Assembly: GCA_040437565.1 (NCBI GenBank)
Contig: JBDOQK010000020.1
Span: 372,001-436,000, forward strand
Direction of reading: 5' to 3'
From: Albugo candida
Lineage: Eukaryota
Length of the DNA stretch: 64,000 bases
Shown: positions 12,661-25,800 of the stretch, piece after piece
Layout: each line of letters starts with the position of its first letter
Position numbering within the stretch: position 1 is the stretch's first letter
The notes under the pieces: generated by a model
The model's database searches: none
What the model was told of the DNA's origin: nothing
Seen by the model: the letters and a program-made list of their open reading frames with translations, nothing else
Translations under genes and position numbers: made by a program

Positions 12661-14475
12661 TCACACTTTATGCAACAAAGCCTCGATTTGACAGATCTCC
12701 TCGTCTAGGTCAGCTAATTTCTGGTCTGTCTCTGAGTACTGATATTTGCACAGCACGATGGCTTGCTCACACTCCTCGATCGTTTTTATGTCCTTTATTG
12801 GAATTTTTGGTTTCTCGACACCTAAGATTTCTTTCTTCTTGGACAGAACCGTTTCTTTGTATGGTGCCGCTTCTTTATCACTGTACGATAGAGATGTGTC
12901 ATGTTTTGATTGCATCAGATCCCTTTTCTGTTCAGCACACTGTAATTTCATTTCACGCTCTGCGATTTTCTGTTTCATGGCTTGAATGGCGGCATTGATA
13001 GTCGTGGCTTGATCAATCGGATTGGAAGTTGTGGTCGTTTTCAATGATGGCGGGTCGGATCGCTCCGATGAGATTTGCGAATTTTGTGTGCTTTGCAAGT
13101 CCTTTTGTGATAGGTGAATGATCACAGTTTGTGAGTGTGCCGTAAGAGGACGTAATTTTTTGTCATTGCCAGACTCTTCCTGCTGTTTCGTGATTTTAGA
13201 TAATACCGGGTTTTCTGGAGTTTTTGTTTTCGTGGCTGATGCTGTCGCTTTTTCTGCATCTTCCAGGCTCGCCTTTTCCGTTCCTTTCTGGTCAGCCTCT
13301 TGACCATCAGCAGTAATCGGTAGGCTAGCTTCCTGACTCGGTACGGGGGGTTTTACGCTTGAAATATTTGGTGATTCCACTACGGTATTTGCGACTTTCA
13401 GATCATTTTTTTCCTTTCTCTTAGTACGTAAAGCCGCATCTCTTAGTTTCTCGATATCAACTTCATTCGTAATTGGTCTGGTTTGAGTTCTCTTTAGCGA
13501 GGAAGGAGTCGATTGTTTTCTTGTGCGTACCCTTTTACCTAGTATTGGGTGGTGCAAATGCATTCTTGGTACATTTCGTGGATGATTGACATGGTTCATA
13601 CTACCATTAATGAAAGGCCCATGTGCGAAAGGTGCTATGTGACTCAAAGGGGTGTCCAAAACGGTCGAAAATGGGATGCTACCAAGTACTCCGGGATCAC
13701 AGTCGTAATTTGGCCTTCGACCGAATAAAGGTCGTGGTACTGGCCTGTTTAGACATTGCAGATTATTGGTCGGTACAAACGGTCTCATTGTACTGGGTCG
13801 TGGATTCCAGTGACGCCTGGGCGCAGTGTTCGGTACATGTAAAAGGCCACGAGGCACGGGCATGTAGCGATGCGGATTTGATTCTGGATGTTGATCTCTT
13901 TTTTGTACTTCATCTTTTCCTTCTGTTGTAGTATTGGCTACTATATTCCCGGATGCCTCTTTCGCGCATTCAACTGTGAGTCGTACCTTCTGTGCTTCCG
14001 GGATCTCCCCGTCCTCCAAGTCGTCATTACTTGATTTTTTTAATACTTTGATAGCAGAGTCACTAAATCCATTTTCGTGATCCAATGAGCAATTCATCGA
14101 TTCTTGCTCCTGCTCGGTACATTTCGTATCACCTAAACTCCTCGAGGCCTCATTTAGCGGTTTATCTTCTTCCGAGAAGATTTGATTCGGTAAAGCTTCA
14201 TCCTTTTCCGAGCCGCTTTCGTCCATTATTGGCTCCTTCTTACCGAGAAAATCAAAAGGTCTCAATTCGCCACTTTTGCTCTTTCCGTTCATGTATTGCG
14301 CTGTGTATTCCGAATCCGAAGTGTCATCGCCGCTGACAATATCGATTACCTCTTTCATTCTTTTATTTTCATCCTCAGAATCAGATCCAGTAAGATCGAT
14401 AAGGGACGTAGAAGCTCCCTCCGGCTTACCCACTTTCAAAATCGATGAGATTGGGAGCATAGCGTACATGTACAA
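12661..14475 (-). CDS. Low-complexity nuclear protein with SIM-like and LEDGEI motifs and C-terminal coiled coil; 3' end probably spliced further
   Basis: 604-aa ORF with SLIDLTGSDSEDE, EVIDIVSGDD and DDLEDGEIPE. A GTGAGT donor-like site overlaps the apparent stop. Confidence 0.65.
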   Translation of the reverse strand: MYMYAMLPISSILKVGKPEGASTSLIDLTGSDSEDENKRMKEVIDIVSGDDTSDSEYTAQYMNGKSKSGELRPFDFLGKKEPIMDESGSEKDEALPNQIFSEEDKPLNEASRSLGDTKCTEQEQESMNCSLDHENGFSDSAIKVLKKSSNDDLEDGEIPEAQKVRLTVECAKEASGNIVANTTTEGKDEVQKRDQHPESNPHRYMPVPRGLLHVPNTAPRRHWNPRPSTMRPFVPTNNLQCLNRPVPRPLFGRRPNYDCDPGVLGSIPFSTVLDTPLSHIAPFAHGPFINGSMNHVNHPRNVPRMHLHHPILGKRVRTRKQSTPSSLKRTQTRPITNEVDIEKLRDAALRTKRKEKNDLKVANTVVESPNISSVKPPVPSQEASLPITADGQEADQKGTEKASLEDAEKATASATKTKTPENPVLSKITKQQEESGNDKKLRPLTAHSQTVIIHLSQKDLQSTQNSQISSERSDPPSLKTTTTSNPIDQATTINAAIQAMKQKIAEREMKLQCAEQKRDLMQSKHDTSLSYSDKEAAPYKETVLSKKKEILGVEKPKIPIKDIKTIEECEQAIVLCKYQYSETDQKLADLDEEICQIEALLHKV

Positions 14476-14626
14476 TTGCTCGATCCAAGGAGCTCCTAAG
14501 AGAAGCGTGGTTCCGCTGAATTACTACTTTAATGATACTATCCGCTAAAATAGGATCTGTGGTGGCGGTATTTACTGGTATCCGTCAAGTGGTATCGGTG
14601 ACGAAGGACTAAAAGAAGCCGGTTTA

Positions 14627-15712
14627 ATGACACAGGAATATGCGCCTGTGCCAAACTGCTGCGCCCTCGCAGGGAAAATGGACACACAGAAGCAAGAAAT
14701 CAAAGATACTCCTCAATCAAATAGTGAAACGTTATCCCACTCTCATTCTTCCCATTCTATACCAGTCATTGAGTCTAATTCAACTGAAACGGATCAGGTC
14801 TTGGTTGAAGCAACTGACTCCAGACGTTCCATCTATCGAAAGCTACTATTTCTTACTGGTTTGATAGCATCCTTTTTATTAATGTCTTTGATCATATCCT
14901 GCGTCATTCAAACACAATCGTTCCATCGCCTTGTCGGCATTCTTCGGGTGAGTAAACTTGCCGTCCTTCCGATACTTGATGATACTGACGCAACGAATCT
15001 TACCCAGAAGCACCAATTCGCGGGATCCATCATTTACGTGTGTACATTCACGATCCTAATTGTCATTTGGTCTGTACCTTGATCTTATCCGCTGGTATCA
15101 TTCGTTTTTATCTTTTCCTGCGTCAGTTTCCCTTCCACGATGTTGGAGCTCCTAGCCGGGTATATATTTGACGTGAAGCTTGGTCTACCACTTGCAATGC
15201 TTGGAAAAATGTGTGGCTGTGTAGCCTCATTTTGTATAGGACGATACTTTTGCCAGAAACGTGTACGAAGATACATGGAGAACGGTCACCCATTCTTTCT
15301 CTCTCTTGAAGCACTTCTACAACAGCGCGAATGCTTAATCGTATTCCTCACTCGAATCGCATTCTTCCCTATCGCGATAAAAAACTACGGTCTCAGTGTT
15401 TTGAATGTATCGTGGATCATTTTCTTTGTGGCTGCACTTTTGACGGGAATCCCGTATTCGATTTTGTGGGTTTATAGTGGACACATGGCTCAGCATCTGA
15501 CAAGTTTGTTTGCTCCTTTAGCCAACAAAAGCGAACACCATAGTTCCGAATGGAAGTGGCATTTCGCATTGGGACTTGTCGGTTTTACCAGTTCCATTGT
15601 ACTGTTAGCGCTTGTCGGAGTTTCAACGAGACGGTACATTGTAAAGTTATCGCAGCAGCTCCAAGATGAAGCAAGAAATGAATGCTGCGATAAAAAGATG
15701 GAACCTTTATAG
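14627..15712 (+). CDS. VTT-domain / SNARE-associated Golgi protein (Tvp38/TMEM64/DedA family); introns 14948-15007 and 15070-15126
   Basis: Motifs 'ELLAGYIF..G..LAMLGKMCG...F.IGRY' and 'FLTRIAFFPIAIKNYGLS'. GT-AG introns restore the frame. Confidence 0.85.
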
Positions 15713-16000
15713 ATATTACANNNNNNNNNNNNNNNNNNNNNNNNNNNNNNNNNNNNNNNNNNNNNNNNNNNNNNNNNNNNNNNNNNNNNNNNNNNNNNNN
15801 NNNNNNNNNNNNNNNNNNNNGATATTACATTTAGGGTATAAGATACGAATAATAAGTACAATATTGGCCACGTGAAATGGTGAACGCAACAGCAACCGGA
15901 TTGGTTCAAATTTCTTATCTAGGATCGCAACGTATAGGAAGCGTTTTGTGTTACACCAACCCATTTTTACATTGAAAGAGAGGCACACAGAGCAAACAAC

Positions 16001-18780
16001 ATGGCGCGTGAGGAATGGGTTGACGTGCAGAAAATCACATTCACTCGGGTTCGCTATACGGTTACCATAATTCACGCTAGCGCCTAAACTTGTCCTTTTT
16101 TGTAGTGGGCCAATACATATCTCTCGAGGAAAAGACTCGAAATTGAAGACCTGTACGTTGACTTGAGCGATGGTACACGTCTACTTGCGCTGCTGCAAAT
16201 TATCTGTCGAGAAAAAGTTTGTCGGGTACGCGCGCGAATCGAAGTGTGTGGTCATATCCATAGTCATCTTACTCTGTTGTGTAGAAATACAACCGGAAGC
16301 CCCGTATGAGAATTCAGAAAATGGAGAATTTGAATTTTGCCTTTGCATTTATGCACAAAAAAAACATGAATTTGACCAATATAGGATCCACTGATATATT
16401 GGATGGGAATCAGAAACTGATTCTGGGATTATTATGGATTCTGATCAAAACTTTCCAAGTTGCTGAAATTGATGTGGAAGGAGTATCAGGAAAGGATGGG
16501 CTTCTTCTATGGGTAAACAGGTCTCTGGCAGATTACCCTACTGTCAAAGTTAGGAATTTCTCTGATTCCTGGGCAAACGGCATAGCGTTTTGCGCTTTGA
16601 TTCATCGATTTTACCCTAATTTGATTGATTTCGATCAATTACAAGCTGTGAATGCAATTGAAAATGTCCGATTAGCATTTGAGATTGCAGAGACCAAATT
16701 CAAAATTCCTCAATTACTTGATCCCCATGACGTTGCGGGGATAGTCAAGCCAGATGAGAAGAGTATCATGACGTACGTTTCGTTATTGTTCAAAGAATTC
16801 GCTTCTGGACAACAAAAACGAAAAGCAGTAGTTTCAATCGCCAAAGCTGTCAATATTGCTCAAAGACATCAAGAGCTGGCGAAAGAATATGAAACATTAG
16901 CACCAAACTTGGAGAAATGGCTGACCACACAGAATGAAAAGTTTGAGAAATTACTGGAAGAGTCAGCTTTGATTTCAAATTTGCAAGAAGTCAGACAAGC
17001 TTCAGCTCAACTTTCAGACTACAAGAAAAACGAAAAGCCATCTCAAGAGGCAGCATATGTTGCTGTAGAAGGCTGTGCTGGCCGTTGGCTCTCAAGCTGC
17101 CGAAACAATGGTCGAACTCTACCTATGCTAGTCCCACCTATCGAGAACCTTCAAGTACTGAAAGCCAAATTAGAGGACTTGGAGACTACCTACGTCTCGA
17201 ATTTACAAAAGTATTCGGAAACATTTCAGCGGACCGAAATATTTCTGGCCAGAGTGGTGACAGAGCTTGAAAAAATTGAGGTTTGGTCTAGAGAGCTGGC
17301 TACAAGCAAGGCTTTCGAAAAGGGCTCGAATGAAATATCTACGTCTACTGAAGCAGAAGAAAGATTGGAAAGTATCAATTTTATCAAGCAAGTCGAATTG
17401 CCACGATACAGACTCATGATCAATGACGTGTTAGAGCAATCTAGCAGTCTCGCCACGGACCATGCAGAATCAGTGACCGTTTTGGAGCGGATTGATGCGA
17501 TGAAAGTATTTCTCGAAAGCGTCGATCACAAGATCGAAGACATTCATGCAGATTATGTCAACAAATTGAAAAAGCAAATTGAGCTGGATGGAGTCGTGAA
17601 AGACTGCAAGCTTTTGATGCGAAATCTGAAGTACACTATTGAAGGGCTAGATGAAGAAATTGAGGCTGTAGCCAAACTGAAAGACACTTCAAAAAATGGT
17701 GTAGAAACAGCGAGTCATTACTTCAATGACATCTTGCTACCGAAAATTGATCTTGAAATAGTGGCCGAATATGACAAGCTCAAACAGAAAAAGCAGATAC
17801 TGGACGAAGCACTACGTTTTAGTGATTCCCAACTGATCGAAAAAGTCCATCTCCGCATCGAAAAGCTTCAAGAACACTGTACCGAAACAAAGCTCTTTTT
17901 CGAACGAGAGCTAGCTGGTGCAGCAACACGCGATGAGCTGTGTCATGAATTCGCAACACTGGCCTCATCTATCAAAGAACGTTGCGCCAAAAGCACACAA
18001 GCTATCAACACTGTCATGGGCACAGTGGCTGAGCAGTTTACGTCTATGAAAGATTTGATGGAGTCTTTATTTCCTTCTTCAGATAGTGGTGTTTTACTAG
18101 TGCCAAGCCTGGACGGCGAGACCGATCCCACCAATACAGTCGCAGATGTAGCTCAGGAGAATGTACAACCACCGCCATCTCTCGTTCATGAAATGGAATC
18201 ATTGGAAAAGGTGAATGAACAATTGGAGCAGTTGCATGTGTTCACCAATCCGTTCACCGTCGAAACTATACATGAACTTCGCGCCCAATACAATTCCGTA
18301 GAAAGCGCAGTTCGTGACAAGGTGAAATCCCTGGAAAAAGAGCTCGCATTGTGTCAACTGGGCAATCTAACCCCCCAACAGCTGACAGAAATCAAAGAAG
18401 TATTTGATCATTTTGACATCGATCGAGATCGAAAGCTTGAGCGAGATGAATTTATTATGGCCTGCAAAGGTCTCGGTTTGGCTTTGAGCGAGGAAGAATG
18501 TCACGATGCATTCGACAAAATGGATGAAGCAGGTAACGAGGAGATCACCTTTAGTGCATTTTCAGAATTCGGTGCCGAGCAACTACAAAGCGGTAGTTCG
18601 ATGGAAGATGTCAAGACCGCCTTTGATATTTTGACGACACAAAACTTGACCACTTCGAAATTAGAGGAACACTTTGAGCCAAACATTGTGGAATTCTTGC
18701 GTTCCCATCTAGATCAGCTTGGCCACGATGGAAACACGCTTGATTACGACAAATTTGCCGCTTTCATGTTTGAAATGTAG
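16001..18780 (+). CDS. Alpha-actinin-like protein (2 CH domains, spectrin-type rod, EF-hands); introns 16049-16105 and 16226-16284
   Basis: Spliced N-terminus reads EWVDVQKITFTR|WANTYL..DLSDGTRLLALLQII..|KYNRKPRMRIQKMEN. Also DGNQKLILGLLW, PDEKSIMTYVS and EF-hand FDHFDIDRDRKLERDEF. 887 aa. Confidence 0.93.
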
Positions 18781-18903
18781 TCGTTTTGAATGAGATAGAT
18801 CGCNNNNNNNNNNNNNNNNNNNNNNNNNNNNNNNNNNNNNNNNNNNNNNNNNNNNNNNNNNNNNNNNNNNNNNNNNNNNNNNNNNNNNNNNNNNNNNNNN
18901 NNN

Positions 18904-19805
18904 GAACGAGAGCTAGCTGGTGCAGCAACACGCGATGAGCTGTGTCATGAATTCGCAACACTGGCCTCATCTATCAAAGAACGTTGCGCCAAAAGCACAC
19001 AAGCTATCAACACTGTCATGGGCACAGTGGCTGAGCAGTTTACGTCTATGAAAGATTTGATGGAGTCTTTATTTCCTTCTTCAGATAGTGGTGTTTTACT
19101 AGTGCCAAGCCTGGACGGCGAGACCGATCCCACCAATACAGTCGCAGATGTAGCTCAGGAGAATGTACAACCACCGCCATCTCTCGTTCATGAAATGGAA
19201 TCATTGGAAAAGGTGAATGAACAATTGGAGCAGTTGCATGTGTTCACCAATCCGTTCACCGTCGAAACTATACATGAACTTCGCGCCCAATACAATTCCG
19301 TAGAAAGCGCAGTTCGTGACAAGGTGAAATCCCTGGAAAAAGAGCTCGCATTGTGTCAACTGGGCAATCTAACCCCCCAACAGCTGACAGAAATCAAAGA
19401 AGTATTTGATCATTTTGACATCGATCGAGATCGAAAGCTTGAGCGAGATGAATTTATTATGGCCTGCAAAGGTCTCGGTTTGGCTTTGAGCGAGGAAGAA
19501 TGTCACGATGCATTCGACAAAATGGATGAAGCAGGTAACGAGGAGATCACCTTTAGTGCATTTTCAGAATTCGGTGCCGAGCAACTACAAAGCGGTAGTT
19601 CGATGGAAGATGTCAAGACCGCCTTTGATATTTTGACGACACAAAACTTGACCACTTCGAAATTAGAGGAACACTTTGAGCCAAACATTGTGGAATTCTT
19701 GCGTTCCCATCTAGATCAGCTTGGCCACGATGGAAACACGCTTGATTACGACAAATTTGCCGCTTTCATGTTTGAAATGTAGTCGTTTTGAATGAGATAG
19801 ATCGC
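18904..19805 (+). repeat. Copy of 17902-18803 (alpha-actinin 3' end) after gap; assembly overlap
   Basis: Apparently identical sequence at offset 1002, abutting the 100-N gap 18804-18903. Confidence 0.9.
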
Positions 19806-19882
19806 ATTATGCCAACCATTTACGCGATAGGTACAAAGAAAGCCTCAAGCAATGTATTGGATTCTACGATCAAAAAACCTGT

Positions 19883-22800
19883 CTACGCGTCAGCCCACCC
19901 TTCCGCATTGTGTAAGCGCACATCTGCGTCCATATTCGGAGAGTTTTGTATCGCGTACAGGAGCTTGGACCTCAGAATCTCTTTCGAAGTGTATGCCGGC
20001 AAACTGAGAGAGAAGAAACAAGTCTGTGCGTGTGGGAGGTACTTGTCCGGATCTTCCTGCGAACTTTGACCATGCGCTGTTTGTATCTTGAAATTCATCG
20101 GGAAATCCTTTGCCGAGTTTGGCATTCGGCTTCGCGCCCACACAAACCGCAAAAACGAAGTTCGCTCTTCGTTTGTCATTTCCGTCAATACTTCCCAGAA
20201 ATGCTTCACATGCGGCATTGACTCTTCCACACCTGTATCGTACTCTGTGCATTGACGCAACAATTCGACATCGACCTCCCTACGACCACAGATCAAAGTT
20301 TCCAATTCTCGGGATGTGAACAAAGCCGCTGCTTCCATCGGAAGCACAGTCGCGAGGCCATTCCGCAACGCTGCGAGTTGCTGAGCGCTTTCTGTGAGCC
20401 GCGCTTGCTCGACAAGATGCACATACGTCAGTCGATTTTCATACGTGACTGGAACTTTCTCTCCACCTGGGCATAAGGGTACCTCGTTCCCGTCACTCAG
20501 CGGTGTGGAAAACGTCAGGTGCTCGAGTGTTTCTTTCGCATCTTGGCTCGGGCATTCTTCCACATACATCAAATTGTTTGTAGCGACCACATCGACGCTT
20601 TCCAAATGCGGTCGACCTATTTCGAGACCTGCAATTGGACGCCAGACTAGCGATGGTAGATTCAGTCCCATCTGGAGACCATGTCGTACAGCAGTGCCGA
20701 TAAGCTTGCCGAGAAAACGGTACAATTCGAGTGCCATCGGTGCATTTGATTGCAGCGAAATACCACACGAAGGATTGAGTAAAAATTTATCCTGATTGCT
20801 TCCAGTGCCACTACGCCGATTCGGGCAAGGAATAAGTAATGGAAGAAGCCCTTGTTCCCCCTTTGACAGCTCAACGTTATCCAACTGCAGCTCATCCACG
20901 ACTTGCTCAAAGACAGCACGGTACGGTCCACCATAATCATTAACTCCTTCGCCAAGGAATTTCACCTTAAAAGCTCGACGTTGACCACCATGACCTTTAC
21001 CACAATACGCTCGACGGAACGAACTATCGGTCCAAGTCCGCATTTCCCGATACAGCTGTCCAAACACGGATCGACGTAGACGATCATCTGGTTGCGCAAG
21101 TAGACTCAGCTTGGACGGCTGTGCTTGTATTCTGTTGATTCGGATGACTCTTATCTCACGCGGATCTTCGTATTCATCCGACGGTAATGGTGTCGGTGTC
21201 GTAGTAGCCCGCAATAAAGACTCCCAGAACGATCGTTTTGTGCTTGTGAAAATGAGCTGCCGTAATGATCGGAGTTTCAGACTCGCCGAAGGATACTGCC
21301 ACGAGGAATAATGACTGCCCGATCGACTTGTCTTCGACTCGGATGACTTGATCAATTCAATTGTTGCATTCGATGTCTCTGTCGGTTGTATGCAAATCAA
21401 AGACAACACGCGTAAGATCTTGCTGTTGAGAACACGTAACACCGCACAGCGTGCACGAAGCTCGGGACCCGATAGAGAATTTAATAGCGAGGATGAGAAG
21501 CTGTTCATAAATGATTGCGTGCGAGGTCGTGTGATCACTTCCAAGTTTTCTTTCTCGATATTCTGCTCCTCGGGAGACGACACGTCCGCTATTTTCAAAT
21601 TTGCGATATCCAATCCCATTGTACCGCAGAATTCATTCAGTCGTTCTACGAGCTGCATGTCACTTTGTGCCGTGTGCTTTGCGGTTGCCAATTCCATAAA
21701 TGTCGAAAATGAAGTGCTTGCAAGCGCTTCCTCTCGTGTGCGACCGGTAAACGACTCGGATCCCGACCCATCGATATGATCAAAGTCGATTTCTTCTGGA
21801 TCTTTACCTCCTCGCTTGACCAGAATCAGCTCCATGAGTTCCATTGTCGAAAAGTACCAAGCCCAAGAGCGTCCTTCTTCGGCGCCTTCATTTCCTTGCG
21901 TCTCTGTACGATACCATATATGCCCACGATGAACACCAAGGATGATCGCTTCTTCCGGTTGATCTAGTTCACGTCCACCCTTGGAGCAGATTCGAACGCG
22001 ATCTCCCGCTAGGAACGGTGCATGTAGCCCAGCTTTCTTGCACACTTGGATGCATGTGGATGGATATGTGTCAAAGTCCACAATGACGCCACGCGGTCGT
22101 ACAGGGTACCGTTCCCATCGATTCTCACACCAGCGTTTCCAGAGCGTCCAACTTTCACGCAATACGTTCTCCGAAAGTGTGATTCGAGGACACTCGACCA
22201 TTGAATTCATTGACAGAAACCACGCGTGCAATTGCGCGTCGACATCGATTGCATCCAAAAGAAGATGTTTGGGTGGAATTCCAGGCAGCGCGATCCATTT
22301 TCCATTCAAACAAACACGATCTCCACCTTTTCGCATTCCGATACAAGGATACAGCGTTTTCGTATTTCGATCGCCTTTGATATTCTCAAAAGCGACTCCC
22401 AAATCGGTGACAATATGCTCCCCGTACTTGATGCCATCCATGAAGAAAGATAGCTTTCCTTGTTCCATATCGAGTCGTACGCCGATAGTATCGCCAGCAT
22501 TAAAGTGATCTCCGTAAATGCGTTCCGTACTGTTGTGGTAAGAAGCTCGAAAATTCACAAAACCCCATCCATTCCACCTATTCAGTCGACTCGATAGCGC
22601 GTTGTGTGACCCTGGAGGTCCTGGTTTCTCACACACTCCGAGAAAAACGCTTCCAAACTCGGCTTGATCCACGCGAACTTCCCAGTAGTAGACTCCCGTC
22701 GCAAAACCCACAGTGCCTAGCGCCAAGTTTCTCGTATCGCCATTCATACACGTGACACTCATCCCGTCTTCCGATATACTGAGCGTAGGAAAATGATGAT

Positions 22801-25800
22801 GCGGATCCATTTTGAACAAGTGTTGATTTGAAATGCGAATTTCGCCTCGATTCTCCACAATCACATCTTTCTTCAATGCAGGGTACGAGAACATTCCAGC
22901 CAGGTTTTCACCCGTACCATTCTCCTCCACCTTAAGATTGTATTTCGTTCCAGGCTGCCATTTCTCCGTACCAAAGCGTAATTGCCAGCCCATATCGGTA
23001 CTTCCACGCAGTAGTTGTAACTCCTGCAGACAAAGAGATCCATCTTTACACCTCCATCCAACCACGCTAGAAGCAGCATTATAATCTGGCCATTCCATCA
23101 CTCCACTCACTTTTCTACGATCGCTTCCATCGACTCCATCTNNNNNNNNNNNNNNNNNNNNNNNNNNNNNNNNNNNNNNNNNNNNNNNNNNNNNNNNNNN
23201 NNNNNNNNNNNNNNNNNNNNNNNNNNNNNNNNNNNNNNNNNCGTCCACCCTTGGAGCAGATTCGAACGCGATCTCCCGCTAGGAACGGTGCATGTAGCCC
23301 AGCTTTCTTGCACACTTGGATGCATGTGGATGGATATGTGTCAAAGTCCACAATGACGCCACGCGGTCGTACAGGGTACCGTTCCCATCGATTCTCACAC
23401 CAGCGTTTCCAGAGCGTCCAACTTTCACGCAATACGTTCTCCGAAAGTGTGATTCGAGGACACTCGACCATTGAATTCATTGACAGAAACCACGCGTGCA
23501 ATTGCGCGTCGACATCGATTGCATCCAAAAGAAGATGTTTGGGTGGAATTCCAGGCAGCGCGATCCATTTTCCATTCAAACAAACACGATCTCCACCTTT
23601 TCGCATTCCGATACAAGGATACAGCGTTTTCGTATTTCGATCGCCTTTGATATTCTCAAAAGCGACTCCCAAATCGGTGACAATATGCTCCCCGTACTTG
23701 ATGCCATCCATGAAGAAAGATAGCTTTCCTTGTTCCATATCGAGTCGTACGCCGATAGTATCGCCAGCATTAAAGTGATCTCCGTAAATGCGTTCCGTAC
23801 TGTTGTGGTAAGAAGCTCGAAAATTCACAAAACCCCATCCATTCCACCTATTCAGTCGACTCGATAGCGCGTTGTGTGACCCTGGAGGTCCTGGTTTCTC
23901 ACACACTCCGAGAAAAACGCTTCCAAACTCGGCTTGATCCACGCGAACTTCCCAGTAGTAGACTCCCGTCGCAAAACCCACAGTGCCTAGCGCCAAGTTT
24001 CTCGTATCGCCATTCATACACGTGACACTCATCCCGTCTTCCGATATACTGAGCGTAGGAAAATGATGATGCGGATCCATTTTGAACAAGTGTTGATTTG
24101 AAATGCGAATTTCGCCTCGATTCTCCACAATCACATCTTTCTTCAATGCAGGGTACGAGAACATTCCAGCCAGGTTTTCACCCGTACCATTCTCCTCCAC
24201 CTTAAGATTGTATTTCGTTCCAGGCTGCCATTTCTCCGTACCAAAGCGTAATTGCCAGCCCATATCGGTACTTCCACGCAGTAGTTGTAACTCCTGCAGA
24301 CAAAGAGATCCATCTTTACACCTCCATCCAACCACGCTAGAAGCAGCATTATAATCTGGCCATTCCATCACTCCACTCACTTTTCTACGATCGCTTCCAT
24401 CGACTCCATCTTGCTCTGTGAGATGGAGTAACACACCCAAATGCAATTCCGCTCCGAATGTGCCGTCATCGTCGTACTTTGGCTTTAGTACCGGATACTT
24501 CTTCACAATGTTCCCTTCATCATCGACCTCGACGTGCGTCAGATCGTAATTTCCATCAGATCCCCATCGATATGTGTAGACAGCATCACTTGGCCAGCGA
24601 ACTGACATCCCTTCGCCATCAACGCCACTCCATGGAGAAATACCTTCCACAATACCAATGCTGCCTTCCCCGCCATCTTGATCTCGCCATTTCCAGTCTG
24701 GTCCTCGAATGACACGCGAGCCAACTTTCAATTCCGCAATTTGATCATTTTGCGGGCTGTTATTCAGTCGATATTGTGTGATCGTACCACTCCAAATCTC
24801 AGCATAATGATCGGATAAGACGCCTCGTTCAAAGCCATAAGGCCATGTCGCGCTCTCATTTCCACGGATTCCTTCTTTCGCTGCTTCAATTCGTATACAT
24901 TCTTCTTCGGATAGATCTTGTACATCGATAGGAAGTTCAGTTTCAGGGAATACATATTTGAAATGCTCTGTTTGCTTCGGTTGCTGCAGCTCTTTCAACG
25001 CAACTTGTCGTCTGACTGTAAGCCTCGTATTCGCTGCTGCTGCGATCGCTGCTGCTGCACTTACAACATCGCTATCCTCCGCGACCATATTCGCGATTGC
25101 CGAAAGGGTGATACCGGGAACATCTTCAGAATCGCTGTTATCAATCTCCATGCTGGTGTTTCCTCGATGATCTGATTCCACGTGTGTTTGGTCATTCTCC
25201 GCTTTGTCGACGCCAGAGTTTTCCGAAGGGCTCATGTCAGTCGATGGATCGTTCTCAGGCTGCGTGATACTCTCTTCTTCTGCCCGTTTCACATTCTCAT
25301 ACTCTTCCAAATCCCCGGAATACAAATCTCTTTTCAACGCCTTACATGACGCCAAAACGGCTTCCAAATCCGTGTAAAAGTACTTGAGCATACAGCTTCC
25401 CACAGCAGTGATTCCCAATGCGATTGTCGATACGAGCTCCACTAAACTTTGGAGATATTTCGAGCACACTGGAAAGTTGGAGTACTCCTTCTGCAGTCGT
25501 TCTTCCGTAAGAATGACAAGTCTTTTCACTGGAAGATCTTCAAGCACCTTTGTAAGGATATCTTTCGATCCAGCGTCTTGCTCCACATAAACGGTAGAGA
25601 GCAAATCTTGCAGTATCCCCGCAATGATCGCCATGCCGCGTTGTTTGACGCACATACTCGGAGACCGTAGAGACACTACCCAAGACGACAGCAAACGTCG
25701 TCGGACACTGTCATTCTTGCAAGCGGGTTCGTCTGTAAACGTCGATGAAATCCTCTCCATCATCAATTTCGTCAGCCATTCTGCCAGAAAGATATTGGGA

